The position numbers and the translations under genes are program-made. From Balanoglossus misakiensis (taxonomy: Eukaryota > Animalia > Hemichordata), in assembly GCA_040954595.2 (NCBI GenBank), contig CM082595.2:5792137-5856136 (forward strand): a DNA stretch of 64,000 nt. The letters run 5' to 3'. The first letter of the stretch is position 1, and the number at the start of each line of letters is the position of its first letter. The notes beneath the pieces were generated by a model that did not search any database, was not told the origin of the DNA, and saw only the letters and a list, made by a program, of their open reading frames with translations. Shown piece after piece: positions 1 through 14,626 of this stretch.

Positions 1-3000
1 CAACTGGGGTGTTTGGAGGAGGATAAACCTAAACTTGAATTTTCTTCAATATAGTAAAATGCAGAGTTGGCTAATCAAGCATCGAACATGGCGTACGCGT
101 GTTACTTCGCCAGCAAGTCGACGCGTCCGCGTCCGGCTGAGATGCATGGACCCAGCCACGATTAGCATGTCTCGTTGAGCTTCATTGTGCCAATAGCATG
201 AATAGCCCAAAGTGGCTAGACGTCACCCACCTGTCAGTGAACCTGGAGTGGACGGGATTGGTGCATTCAGCTTGAGGTGCTGTGTAACCGCGACTGCCAG
301 AACTTGTAGCCAATCAGACAGCTCGTTCAAATTACGTCACAGGATGTTCGCTGGGCACGTGGAAGCCTGACTATTTTAATGTATTCATGGCGTCTCTGTG
401 TCCGTGGATGTTTCCGGTAGACGGTGGGAAACGCAACCTGTGTATCAAAACCCTTGGCAGCTTCTATTGAAAATTTGTGTCAGTTTTTTGACGTTTTGTG
501 TGATGTCAAGGGGTCAAGGCAAGTGGCAAATTGTCCATGTAGCAATGCTGGGCAATGCTATGGAACTTGAAAAACTAAAACCTTCCCACGCTTTCATGCG
601 ATCATGCTTTCTGTTGTGTACTACAGAAACAAATTGGTATTTGATTTTCACAGCTATATGTTTCAAAATACAAGAGTCGAGGGATAGCGCACTACTGGCG
701 TTGAAAATTACAAGACTTTTTTAAAAATGTCAGCCCGCCACCAACGACGGTAGACCACGTTTTTCATGTTTATGGTGTGTGTTGAATGAATGAGCCTGTA
801 CTTGCAGAAAGAATACAGAATGACGCCTACGCATTTCCATAAAGCTAGATCCCCCTCTGGTATTGGATTCGAAGTTATGAGTTCTTTGATGGATACATAT
901 TGTTGTAGGCTCTAAGAGAAAAACGTATCTGCGCAGACAACGGACGTTTTCCCCGGTGGTCGCTCTATCTGTCACACAGCTCTCAATCTCATGAGAGATA
1001 ATGGGTTCACACAGAGCATTGAGCTTTATAGGTTTTGTGATATTGAAAACCTGCTTCATTGCTCTAGGATGGTGGAATGAGCGATTATATCTGTAGCACC
1101 TCCAGTCATTTTATTCTGATGACAACATATAGGCAAACATCTATTGTGAAATAAAATGATGAAAACCTATTGCCACAGAAGTTGACCCTGAATAATAGAA
1201 AATATACCCCAAACACACAAACAAACAAAAACAAACAATAACATGCAGTCTGACCTACATTTAGACGGTCTGCTCTCTAGACCATGGTTGGCGAGGAAAA
1301 TCCGCAATTGCATTTAATATCTACGTGAAAATGAACGTTTTGTGTGAATATCATTATGCTAAGCATATAAAACATCGCATTGTCAATGTCAAAGTTTATC
1401 CTTGTTGATTTAAGGGGAAAAGCCGATTTGTTGTTCAATGTTGAATCCTTAAAATTTCCGCAAATGTTCATGTTGTGTTTTATTTACCCAGTCGCGTTTC
1501 TCTTCCGCTCTTTCTTGTGTTGTTGCAAAGGTCAACGCCCTTCCCGATGAATAAATTAGCTGAGGCATTATGGTAATAAGTAAAATTGCATATCGGATGG
1601 GATAAAAAAGTATGGTTCATATTCGACTGAGAGAGGGGAAATGTGCCACTATTTGACAGATCTATCAAGTGGAATAATGTTACGGACGTAATTATAGTCT
1701 TAACTGCAAAAAAGCCTTTTCCACTGTTCTGAAAACTAATTTACGATAATTACAAGTGTAGGCTAACATCAGAACGACCCGCCTAGGCGTCGTCTGCTGA
1801 AGGCAAGATATAACAGGACTACATGGCGCAGTAAATTAAGTCGACTAAGAGCATCGAGGATAATTATTTTATAGTATTTCTACAAAGTGCAGGAAACGTT
1901 TTCCAGAATCTGTCAGATAGCCGAGGTGTATTTGCGTCAGAGAGTATATCTCAGAGTGAACCGGAGATATTTCAATGTCGAGCATGGCGGAGATTGACGA
2001 CTTCGCAATTTTGCTCGGAAGACACGGCTGCGTCGTTAATAAAATCACAACCAACTCCCAAAGTATTAAAGGGGGAATTTAACCCAGCACACATTTTTTT
2101 CACATCCATTTTTGCTATTGGAGAATTCCAAACGGAGAAGGTAGTCTCTCCCGTAAACCGCTTTAAACGACGCCAAACAAATTAGAGGAAGTCTTGTTCT
2201 GCAGATTTATGGGTCGCCATTTTGTTTTCCGGCGCCAGGAACCCTGTTCAAAACATTCACAGTGTACACACACGTGGTATTCTCTCCGAAATGTCGGTTT
2301 GACGCCGAGCCCAGACCTGGTCGTGTGTGCTCAATATTTATACAATTTATAGCCTGGATTTATCGTCTTATATGAAAGTCCGAAACGTTTACTATATAAA
2401 GCGTACAATACTGAACTTTAAAGGGATTCGCAGCAATTGTTTTAAAGGTATAAGGTCTCTGTATGAAATGCAAAGATAATGTTGTACTGATTGTATCCAA
2501 GTTAGAAGGCAGAATGTAGTCCATCAAAAAACTACTATGTTACTCAAAATAATGCTCCAAAACTCACGAGGCCTTATTTCATGCACTGACGACATAAACC
2601 CCTTGAACCATACGTGTGAAGTTGAGGGATTTTTACGTGCTCACGTTTGCGTCGTTTGGTCTCCCGCCCACCCTGATCAATAATAGAGAATGATTTTAAT
2701 GACTTTGGCTCCCTCTTTCTCTCTTATGAGGTCATTTTCTATTAACAGAGTTTATGTGCGGGGGAAATGTCGTTACTCACGGTGGGAATTTCAACAGACC
2801 GTGAGAGAATGGGCCCGGCGACCCGAGGTTAACTACAAATTGACGCCAGAATCATTAACGTGCAGTCAGAAGTCACCGCAGTGCGATAAATTGAATCACG
2901 CCAAAGTTAAGTGTCGAGTCTCGGAGATTCCATCGACCCTATATCCCCCTGTAAATGCAACAGCCAGTTGTGTTCGACCAAAGTGTTCTGGCAAAAGGCG

Positions 3001-6000
3001 CATGTGTTTCGGACACTGTAGTTAACATTGCTTTGAGATTTTGTTTGTTCTTCTACAGTGTTAAGGTGGTACGCACCTCGAGGGCAGATTTTCAGAAAAA
3101 ACGACGATCCTCCAAACTTTACGATACCAGGTCGGAAAAAAACGAAAGCGCCATTAAATTAACTTGGTTTTCGCAACAGATTTCGCGTCGGATTTCCTTT
3201 GATCTGTTGTGATATTCTGGCCAAGCGAAGAACGCGAGCTTATTTCATATACATGTATGCAAATCGTCGCCATTCTTATGTCATGTGGTGGTCGGTGTTA
3301 TGCTGAAAGGCGAAACATAACAGCGTAGTTCAGATAGTTTATGCATGCGTCCGCCGGCTGTACACGCTCCGATCGAGTGCATGCATGACTACTAATAGCT
3401 AGACTTATGTAATTACAATACACCTTGTGCTGTAAATGAACAACATTTAACGCAGCGTTCGTCGCTACATGCATGTATGTATACACGGCAAAAGCGATCA
3501 GAAATATAACTTTACATGATTTTTAGAGGGCGAGTGTTAATGAAATGAGAAAGACAATGTGATGTTAGACTGAAAAGTCAGAGGTCGCGAATTTGACATC
3601 ATTTTGCTTTAATTTCATTTAGATAAAGTAGTCATCGTATTCGCATGTAACGTTGCTAAGGCGTGCTTCTATCCTATAATTATATAGGAACTAACACTAT
3701 GCTGTCCTGGTTGAAATCACAAAGTAAAAATTTGCATCGCATTTAAAAATAATTTGACCAAGTTCTTACATTGGATTACGCGCAGACAGGAAGTTGTTTC
3801 CAAGATGTGACAGTGTAGCACACTCACGCGAGAACATTTGAAGCGAGATTCCACTGAAAAAAAAATGGCGACCTTGCCCTATTCGTGGACGCCACGCACT
3901 AGTACATGCAAACGGAATTTACTTGAAAGAAATGGCATACATATGTATTAGAAATTACACTTTGTATCAAAACTAATATTACCAACTTCTGTGTAACGGT
4001 ACTTCAGTCGTCATGCCTGTGCATTATTGATTGCGACGGATGATGTGGAAGTCACGCGATGGATATCATTCATTTACAGTCAATAGGCACGGTGACATAC
4101 TCATTCGATCATTGAGCCAGAAATGGCAGCATGCTCCATGACGGTGTTTATTTCAAATAACTGTCGACGGTGGGTGAATTTTCCACTATCGCCAGAGCAA
4201 ACAAATATTGCACACTGAAATTAAACATATGTAATACTGTTGTCACCAAGACAGCTGTCATTTCAAAATGTGTAATGTTGAGACAATTTTAGAATACTAG
4301 TAGTAAAGTTGCGGTGCATTCTTTAAAACTGTATAAATATGTCACTAGGAAGTATTGTTGATATCTAGAAAGAAATATAATATGTTGCAACTGATGCCAG
4401 TTAAAGACCTGTTGATAACAGTCAAAAGAAAAAAAAACAAAGCCAAACAAAAAATCAAACCAGACGCGACAGTCAAAAAAAAGGGAATACCAGACAGGTA
4501 CTCAGGAAAAAAGTTTAAAAAAAAGTCTTTTGTTTCTAAAATAAGAATAAAACATGTCAATTATACGATAGCACAGTGACAACCACCATAAATACCAGAA
4601 AGTTACTTTGGAACATAAATAACCATTGTCACATTTTTTTCTATAATAAGAATGAAAACGCTTTAACGTGTCAACATTACAATGGGACACTAACACGGTT
4701 ATACAACGCAGATGCAAATCGAAAAGCACGGACAATTACTGCTTTACTATTCTGGATACAATGTTAAAGTGCCTTTTTTATATCAAATGAACAACGCAAT
4801 AATCTACATAAGAAAGCATTCGACATACATGAGAGATGGTTTTGAACGATTGGTTTTGTATATACATGGGCAACATAGTTCTCTGGAATAACTAAATATA
4901 GATAGAGTATTTTTTATTTATATCCAAGGCCAAAAGTTTGCAGTCCATTATATATTCGTTTGAGAGGTATGGTCTGATTTTCATAACATTAACATCAACC
5001 TCTGTCAATCATATACATGGGTGTGAAATTCAGTGCTGTGACGTTTCATTGTCTGTATTCGATGCCTCGTTTAATTTGCCAGTGCCATGATTTAGGCTAA
5101 GTTGACCATATCTGGACTTTGGTTCATCAGTATACCTGTACCTCATAACAGGGAGGTCAGTTGTAGCATATGAATCATATACCAATTGTTCTTAATGACA
5201 TATAAGAGAAAATGAAGCGAGATCTATACATATACAACTGAATATATATAAGAAATAGTTTTGCTTGTAAATTTAGAAATGCGAAGATAAATTAGAACAT
5301 CTGTAATATTTGCAACTGTGAAAGTGTGGCATATCGAGTCAGACTGCAGTTTATCTGAGAACCCGTTTTATCGTGGCGTTCATCCAGGTACCTATAGGAA
5401 AACAAACAGAAACGGAGTTAATGCATTTACGCTTCCAAAGCAGGTAATAGATACGAGCGAGCAATTTACCACGTGAAATCTTAGTCTACTGCTCCAAGCG
5501 AAAGAGTTTCATATGTCTTTCCTCTAGTGGGGACCAGCAGAACATTTTGCAGTCGTCATTTGGTGGAATGTACCTTTGACAAACCTTCTCCAAAGCCTAC
5601 TTAAGACTCTGTGCAATTTTCGAAGCAATAATGACAGAAAACCGTGTCATTATGTGGGACATAAATGTTATAGGGTTAGGGTAAATAAAAGCCCTGATAA
5701 CAGAAATCCCAGGGACTGGCTTATGTAATGGTGTATTTAAGAAATACAACCGGCTTGTTGTATTTTGTGTACCCTTCCAGAGATGTACTTAATCTCCAGG
5801 GAAGGGCTGTTTGCTTCTCTTTCCAGTTAAAATGCCATCGTGATAATTATATCTTTCAGGAGAAATTTCACATGCTTGTTTTATTCCCGGGGCTGCAAAA
5901 AGATCGACCCCTGGATACACCTACGCCTCTGCGATGTAGAACCTACTCTTATGCATCGCCTATTGAGGACAAACATAGAAGCTTTATTGAGGGAATCTGG

Positions 6001-6969
6001 TTGTTTTTGTTTCACCGTGATCATACTATAGTAATATTGTAATTGTTAACTTTGTTGTCATTTAATTTCAATCAAAGTAAGCTATGTGTTATGAAACAGT
6101 GTTAATATTATTACTTGTGCTGGAATGCGTTGGACAATGGAACAATTGTTCTGAGTATACTGGTATGGCATGACTGATCTTTATTAATTGTGATGCAAAA
6201 CATTTGCGGCGATCATTGTTTGGCATGAAAGGAATTGCATTTGATGTATTTACTTTTATCCCAAATTCTTGCCTTCCACCACTCGCCTTACTGTGAAATG
6301 AGATTCACACTTGGATATTACAGGCATGGGTGTTAGCAATGCATAGTCCTTATTTTATATAGATATATCTCGCCATGTCATCTTTCCACAGATTCACGTG
6401 GTATTTCCGAGATGACAAATTTGCATATCATATATTATTCCTGCCAGAGGAACGTACTTTAGAATGTCTTGAGGGGAACCCATAACGTTCAGTTGACATT
6501 TAACGTACTGAAGACTGAATTCGTATTAGAATTCTATATGAGATTGAGGAAACCGTGATGTGTCATTCGACCGTTGCTATTTGAGAAGGCATACAATTAT
6601 CTATTCGGTGAAGGCATATCTAATTGAGGTTGTAAATGGTTATTATAAGCAGAAGCAGCAAGCTGAACCCAGAATAAGAGTCCTTCAGTGTTTAATGACA
6701 TGGCACTTTCCATTTAGAGAAATCGTCTTGTCTGCTCATTTTCTGACCATTCACTTAGATGCTTAAATGGATCCTTCAGAAATAGATTTAATCACGCATA
6801 TGGCAACACTCGCGTGGCATCTCAAAGTGCATAATTATTATTTTAATATTTAATATCTGTCGGAATACTCAGCCCCACATTGTGTTTTATTATTATTATT
6901 AAAATGTATTTTATATTTACAGTTCGACACGTTCAGCAATAAGTCAGACGTACATGTACTGATGGCTTC

Positions 6970-7399
6970 GTTGCTAAGGAAACCGGAGGCGAGAGACGAT
7001 CAGATCGACAATGTCAGGGGGTTGGAACACCTATTCAAAGAGAAGTTGTCACTGCAGTGAGTGATGTAACAGAATTCGCCGAACGCCTGACTGTCAGATT
7101 GTCGTTGCTGTGACGACCCCCGGGATTTACCTCATCGGGCTTCGCGACAGCACACAGCCGAGGAATAGCGGCAGAAAGACGGCGGCAAAGCTTCACCATC
7201 GCGCTGTGCTCCTCTCATTGCGCTAGCTAGCAGCGGCCAGCACAACTGAGACACCTCTCGGCCCATAGCTGAGCCGAATATAGCTAGCATCTGCAGCTGT
7301 AACGAAGCTTTCTATCGGATTTTCTTCTCTGGGAACACCTATTAACATCGATCCTAATTTCGTCTGTCTGGGAAGTTGTGCGTGGATTTAACGGTAAGA
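6970..7399 (+). promoter_or_regulatory. Candidate promoter and non-coding first exon of the M13 gene
   Basis: X-box GTTGCTAAGGAAAC at 6970-6983, a GC/CpG-enriched ATG-free stretch at 7067-7393, and a strong donor CG|GTAAGA at 7393/7394. The link to the acceptor at 16270 is inferred. Confidence 0.4.
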
Positions 7400-9941
7400 C
7401 ATCCATTTTTGTCTTCCTTGACCTGTGGAGCGCTTATGTATATTCATCATCGACGATGTATATGTTATTAGCTTGCTTGTCAGATATTTCATTGATAACA
7501 TCTCGGCGATGGCATTGATTCGAGCAATGGTTCGAGTCAGTCTAGATTCGATATCAGCGCAAACGTGAAATCATTACAATCCACGCCGTACACTCGTGCC
7601 CGTATAAAAGCCTGCAGTAGCAATCAAACCGAACTGTCATGTCGGATGCGACACACGTCGAGTGGATTTCGTTGTTAAACATATAGGAGTTTCCGGCTTT
7701 TAGTAAGCTGTAACGTGGAGTGTAGGGGAATGAGTTCTCCTATTTCGCCACTGAAAAACGACAACATCACCAGGATGTGTCGCGGAATTTACCACAATGA
7801 TCAGCTCAAGCTGTCGCCACTCCTGTGTGCGCCCTAGTTCACGTAAAGCTTGACATTCATGAGTTTACATTGCAAGCACAGCTTATAAGCACCACACAAT
7901 ATTGTGAGAGGGATAGGGCGAGAAATATCGGAGCGACGTACATTTAGTTTAGGATGCGGAAGGTCTTGTAAGAGAACACAAAATATGTACCGTCTGAAAG
8001 AGGGGATACTGTAGTCTGATCCTGCAGGGGTCGATTCTGATGTCGTTGTTGTTGATTGCGTTATACTGCCCTATGATATGGGCATGACGGTGTGGGCAGG
8101 ATGCTACGGGGGAAAGGAAACCTCGTTTGCGCACACACTAATAAACGTAAAAAGGCACTCACACAGAGGCTTAATGTTTTTCTTTTTCTAATGTCAATAC
8201 AAGAAAAAGACATGTTTGTGATAGAAGATGACTTTTCGACCACAGTGTTATGTACACCAACGACTGCACGCCATTATCGGAATAAACGCGACGGGTAGTA
8301 ACATCTTCAAAGACGATTATTACCGACTAAAATGTTCTCATTCACATCTACATGCGTTCAAAGGAACGCCCGTCAATTTGGAAGCACTATGCGGCCTGAA
8401 ATACCTAGTGTAAAATCCATTTCCTATGTAAACTTCTTTTAACGATCGATTGTTTTACGTGCCGTAGGTGCAAGGCGGAAAGCGCTGCATTGCGAGTAGC
8501 AGAATCGATTTTGCACCATCTAAATGTCTTCGTGGACAGAGACAGCTGCGCGTATACCCACATGCCAATTTTGCGTGGCAAAGGAGATAACCAGGGCATC
8601 GCACATAATACATATATGAGTAGAATATGACATTAGACAGCGTGTCTCAAACTTCAATTTAAATACCGCGGTTGACGTTTACTTTTCTCGGTGATACTGT
8701 ATTTGTATTTATTTTGTAATTGCCTGAGAGACGGCAAACCAAATCCAGCTAAATTGGCAAAAGTCTTTACCCATCACAAATTTGTGCCCTAATGGGTTTG
8801 TATAGCCCCAATCAATCTTTCCATTATAGTATTCACACACCTGGTTACCCGTTCCACGGAAACAAATCGAGGGAATTTCGGGCAGTCGACATTCTCGCGA
8901 ATTGTTGCTAAACGAGTCGGACAGGTAATAAAGGACTGACGTAAATAAATAATGGAAACGAATTGAGACACGGCTTAGAATGCCTGGGTTTAAGTGGCAA
9001 TGTGTGATCGAGTCCCTGAGACGCAGCCAGATTTTAGACAGCGGTGAAAGTGAGTTATACCGTGACAAACATTACCACGCTTACAGCGAAAACTATTAAA
9101 GGGGATGTTTGCGAACGAGAGTCACCTTCAAGAGATGTTAGAAGAGTGACGTGCACCGTATCAGTGTCGCTTTGAGGGAAAATGTCTGGCCATTTATTCT
9201 CTGCAAAATTGAGAGCAACCACGACAGTCTCAGCACTTTTTAAAGCCTTGACGCTGCTGTACCAAGTGGCATTTTCTAACCTTTTGATTATACGTTATAG
9301 CTCTTTGGGTTTTTATTCCTAGTTCCAATCAGTGCTCTCTGATTGAAATGCGGGTTTCAATGACCTTTAGGAACATATTATATACCAATTTTCAATATAT
9401 CAAATTTATGAAGAATATGCCAGACTAAGGTCCTTTCTTAAGTTTAACTTATCAAGATATGAAATCAGGATGATTTTTCTTGCTGGTAATTCATAAGAAC
9501 AACTGAACTTGTATGCGTTCATCATTTTCTGTGCACATTATTAAATGTGGATATCGCATTATTGCAAAAGTTTGAACCGGTTTATACCGGTTGAATCTTC
9601 CTTGGCGGAGACTTCAAGATATCGAAATCATTGGCCTTTTCTAAGATTGTACGTACTCCACTCGAGCTGGTCAGGTTTCGACTCAAGAGAAGCGTGTTGG
9701 AGGACGACAGTTAACGAAAAACGTGCAAGTACGACATTTTAGTCACGCTTTCTAAAGAGCACAATCAGTGACTCCCCCGTACACCCTGGAGGAATTCGGG
9801 TCCACGGGCAAATTGTTTGGGCGCGATATGCGCGTAAAGTGGTATTATGTTACATTTGAAATTTACAATGACATTCAAAGACTGCAGCTATAGGTCATTT
9901 GAGAAAATTATGAAGTTGGAAAACACGATATTTGAACATTA

Positions 9942-9942
<1 letters not shown>

Positions 9943-9972
<30 letters not shown>

Positions 9973-9984
9973 TGAATGTATGTA

Positions 9985-10039
<55 letters not shown>

Positions 10040-10145
10040 ATGTATGTATGTATGTATGTATGTATGTATGTATGTATGTATGTATGTATGTATGTATGTA
10101 TGTATGTATGTATGTATGTATGTATGTATGTATGTATGTATGTAT
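9943..10145. repeat. Compound microsatellite (TATG)n-(TG)n-(TATG)n
   Basis: Directly visible. Confidence 0.99.
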
Positions 10146-12940
10146 TTGCAATTGTTAAATAGAAATTGGACAATGTGACCTTTCCGTATCGACTAACAAT
10201 CACTGCAGTGAAGATTGATCTTTGAATGAAGTACGCGTGTTACTCAACAAAAGCACGGATAGTTGACAGAAGAGGGCATGTGAATTACAGTTAAATTTTA
10301 ATTTGACAAATTTCTATTATGCAGTGGTAAACTACTGAGGGCTTGATAAATCACTTTCAGATACGTTGGTTTGGATCATAACTCGTTTCAAAAACACGTC
10401 TCACGTGACATTGTTGTTGTTTTTTGTTATGCATTCACGGTTGCTTAGTTTATATCTATTTTTCGAAGCAATATCATTTAGATAAGTGCTGGGTGAACCA
10501 TCTCAAATATTGAAGTGTTTCTGTGCATATCATACAAGAAAGCCAAATGTTTATCTCTAAAGTATTCATGAATTAAATTTGGATTAAGGCGACTTTGATG
10601 AAATTTTAAAACCCCGATCTTTCAAGTACTGGGAATAGAGATAGGCAATGGAAAAACTAAGTACCTGTTCAACGAAAACTCATTTTCTGAATGAGATGTT
10701 TTATGTGTGATGAGGTCCAGTTCTTTGTAATGATATAACACCAAACGATTTTTTGCTCAAAGGTATGCTTTCAATCGATATTCGGTTTCATGACTATGTA
10801 TACAGTGTGAGGATTCCAAGGTAATCTTTTATGACATATATGGCTTTGAAAAGAAATATTGGTAACATGCTGTAGCAGCAGCCTTGTCCACTGGCAGCCA
10901 TGTTTGGGTGTAGCACCCCAAAGTGTTATTTGTATATTGACCTGTATAATATACAATTGACAAACATTTATCACAGCTATTGTGAGCACAATAATAAGGG
11001 ATACATGGCTTTACTTTTAACACCAGATCATCAAAGCTAATTAAAAAGCAAAAATAGTGAGTGCGAGGTCTTCCTATAGTCTCATACATACTGTAAGTGT
11101 GATTTTACAAGTATGTGTCTACCCTCAAACCCAGCTGTTACTCAGCCGCAGTATTATGAACCGAAAAACAAGTACTTCGATTTGCAACAAGTTATTAACA
11201 ATACTTTAACAGAAAAAGGTCGAACGTGATGTTACCACATTGTAAAATCTGACACAAGTGTCCCTGGTGACAGCCTTTTGACTCAGGTCTCGTGAGATTC
11301 GCTACATCCCCATATTCCAATACATGCTTGCTTGCTTGCTGGAAAACCCTTTAACTGGTGTGTGTTCAAATAAAAAATGGCGGCACTTCTCCGAAACTCA
11401 ATTTCCCCTGCGCATTCAAATTAAAACCCATAATTGAGATTTATTTGCAAATAACGAAGTTAGAAAAATACTGATTTAATTAAAAACACACGGCAATACG
11501 TTGTTGAGGGAACAACGGTGAAGTAATTGCATGTTATTTGATGATTATACTCTGTCTTTATTGAGTATTGATCTTTCGGTGTCTTGTTCATAACAAACAC
11601 GCAAACAGTCTGTGGAACTTGAATTGACTTGTAGTCGCAAAACAGAGAAAATTGTGTTTATCGATTTGCAAACTATAACTAATTGTAACTCATCAAGTCT
11701 GGGTAGTTTGGTTGGCCGCCATACCATCCGATCTTGTAATATCATTTACAATTTCTGCCTGTTTTTCCACAGTACTTTGTAGTGTTTGTTGCCGCTTTTT
11801 CAACGTTTATCCCTTTACCCCCAAACTGTCTTTAATTTCATCCACGATATCTTCAAAGTTTAAAACTGTCGTTAGCCTTCGCACGACTACCAAATAGTTA
11901 CCTCGGGTTTAATTTTACTCTGATCTTCAGTAGGATATAAAGATCTGCGAAGATATGATTTCAGCCTTGTTTAAAGGCTGCAAAGTGCATAATTACCTCG
12001 CAAATAAAACGCACTTTTAATCAGTTAGAAGCGTTCTGGCGAGGCGGCGAGCGCGTATATCGGTAATAACAAGACATTCCGTGGAAGTGATGAAACGGCC
12101 GATTTGACTCTGTATATAGCCTTCGCTGGTTTCTCTTCAATCTGTATGCAAATCACTGCGACTGTTTGCAATTGTAAAAAAATATTACCTCTTGAAATAG
12201 AGGTGTCATTTCATTTACTGTCGATTAGAACGCTATGATAGTTGAAAGCGTGCGGTAATAGTGTGCAGTCATTGGATATTAGTAATTCAATCACAGACAT
12301 AAGGATGTTGCTATGGTTACACACTATGTCCTTTATACGTGAGATAGCTGTTATGTCTTAATTTAACGACGAGCTCGCGACTACCAATAACGGCGAGAGT
12401 GATCTTAAACTTACCTACGTTTTATAGTCCAATTACATGTAATTATGCTAACACCCTTGCAACTAATTAACATTTATAACTTAAGATGTCGCCTCAAAAC
12501 ATTTTTTCAAACTATGTAAAAGAAAGTCTTCTGGTGTATATTTGTGACCCCGGCCGGCTACCTTATCTGCAAGAAGACTGCAAATCGAGGACTAGCGCCA
12601 GAACACGTACCAGCACCCAGATTTTGCTTTTGTACCGACAGAACGGCAAGCCAATTTCCTCTGTCGACCAGAACAAAGTTATACCCTCCCAGAACATAAA
12701 TCAATTTCAGTAATTGAAATTTGATTTGCAACGACGATATGATATCATTGACTACAGGGACGCGCCAGCGCTGTGCAGCACATTAAATTTATTGGAAAAC
12801 CGATTCCATTTCAAAGCATCTCAGTATCACCATCCTCCGCTTCTCGTTCTTCAACCGAAAACAACTTCTTTTTATGCACATAAAACCTTGAAAGTAAATA
12901 GGTTCATCGACAGAAGCAATCTAGAGACGTCGCCTGTAGA

Positions 12941-13361
12941 TTAAGGATGTACGGTCAGTAAAATTGAAAGTATTGTCATTTTTTTTAATTGTGGATTTTT
13001 GGATTCTCCTTTGTATGTATAATGAAAATCCATAATAAAATATAGAGGTCACCGCACTTGTTTTTGAAATACAGAGCCATGAATTTAGTCGAAAAAAGAA
13101 GAAAACTGATGACTCAGCATTTTTCACCAATGGTTTGTCTATGGGAAACAATTTTGACGCAATTTATCTCAAAATACAGCGCGGTGACCCCTATTTTTTA
13201 TTTGACCAATGAATTTATATTTGCTGGACTGAGCTTTGTGTGAAATTTCGTGAAAATGACAATAGTAGAAGTTTGTTTTCTAGCAATTTTCAATGTAATC
13301 CTATGGGAAAAAGACCGGGCGCGCACTGTTTCCGGTTTATGTTCTGCGCGTACATCCTTAA
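12941..13361. mobile_element. MITE-like non-autonomous DNA element with TTAA ends
   Basis: Perfect 13-bp inverted termini TTAAGGATGTACG / CGTACATCCTTAA, plus an imperfect internal inverted repeat (about 13036-13071 vs 13165-13199). Confidence 0.85.
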
Positions 13362-14400
13362 CGCGTGTCACAACATACAGGTCGAGGCCACCAAACGACT
13401 AAATCGCAGCGTTGTAATTATTTCCAGTCTAATGGAAAGTAATAGGTCAGTTTTTTTCGGTCTGTGCAGGATGCTGATATCAGGGTTATACATGAAGATT
13501 AACGAGATGAGGTTCTCAATTTACAGATTACTATTGATTGTAAGTCAGTGTATGATGCGTATAATGTGCCGAGCTATCACTATTAAATTCTTCATATATC
13601 TGAATGATACAAAGTGGCCTGTTTATGCTGTGTTAGTGGGATCGTTTGATATAGGGGCGCGCCAGAGGATTTCAAATATTGACGGCAGCAACAAGCTGGA
13701 TCATAGTTCTTCGATATACAGGGAGGGTAGTGAAGTCATGATGCCATTGATGGGTAACAACTTACAATTTTGCCCTGTTGATGACGAAATTTATTCCATT
13801 TAAAGCGACAGACAGAGACGTTGCCATGACCATGGTTGTCATATGGAAACCATCATAACCATCAACTCACTCACTCACTCACTCAAATGTACAAACTCCA
13901 TGGTGAGACAAGAAAATGGCTTTGCATACCGCAACGCAAATGGTCGAACTGCTCTGTTACATGTTGTACAAATTGAATTCAGTTCTCCAATGCCCCCAAA
14001 CAAAGCACATTTCACAGCTGGCTTGATCCTTGCTAGTAAAAGGCAGTATAGAGCAACAACCCCCACCTTCAACGTGGGCGTAAAACAGTTACACTATCCG
14101 TCACGAGGAGAATTTCTTCGGGGACCTGTTTCAATTAGTCTACACCCTGAAGTGATTACAGCGGCTGGATAAGTAAGGGTTTGCGTAAGTGTTTCAGCGA
14201 AGCGTTCCCCTGAAGCCGTGACTGATTGCCTTCTTTTAGATTCTGCACACCTCGCCTTTCTGTGAGTCAGTTGGGTCCACTCGGCGGCCGCCCTTCAATA
14301 CGTGCTCAGGTGCAGCTAGTGCCTGCGTCAGAGGTCAACAACTCTGTCAACTGACTACTCAAACAGAGAGTGGTGGATGACCCACAGTATCTACAATGAA

Positions 14401-14626
14401 AAGAAATGCAGAGCATTGTAAGGGAATGGGCATTTTCTTCGACCCGGGGGAGGGTGTCGGTCGATTTGCGTGGCAGTTGTCAAAAAATCGCTGACTCATC
14501 GAAAAAAATCATAAAGAAAAGCAGAGCACTGTAAGGGAAGGGGCATTTTCTTCTGCCGGGGGGGGGGGGGTCGGTCGGTTTGCGTGGCGGCTGTCAAAAA
14601 AGTCGCTGACTCATCGAAAAAAATCA
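14401..14626. repeat. Tandem duplication, ~113-bp unit x2
   Basis: GCAGAGCA(t/c)TGTAAGGGAA...GCTGACTCATCGAAAAAAATC begins at 14408 and again at 14521. Confidence 0.93.

Noticed and set aside
3061-3660. TTAAGGTGGTACGCACCTCG, resembling a TTAA-type MITE terminus
   Set aside because: I found no matching inverted terminus, so the boundaries cannot be supported.
9895-10203. ORFs with YIHT or MYVC repeats
   Set aside because: Translations of the (TATG)n/(TG)n microsatellite.
13240-13803. Longest ORF in the track (187 aa)
   Set aside because: It starts inside a MITE and has no recognisable motif or splice context.
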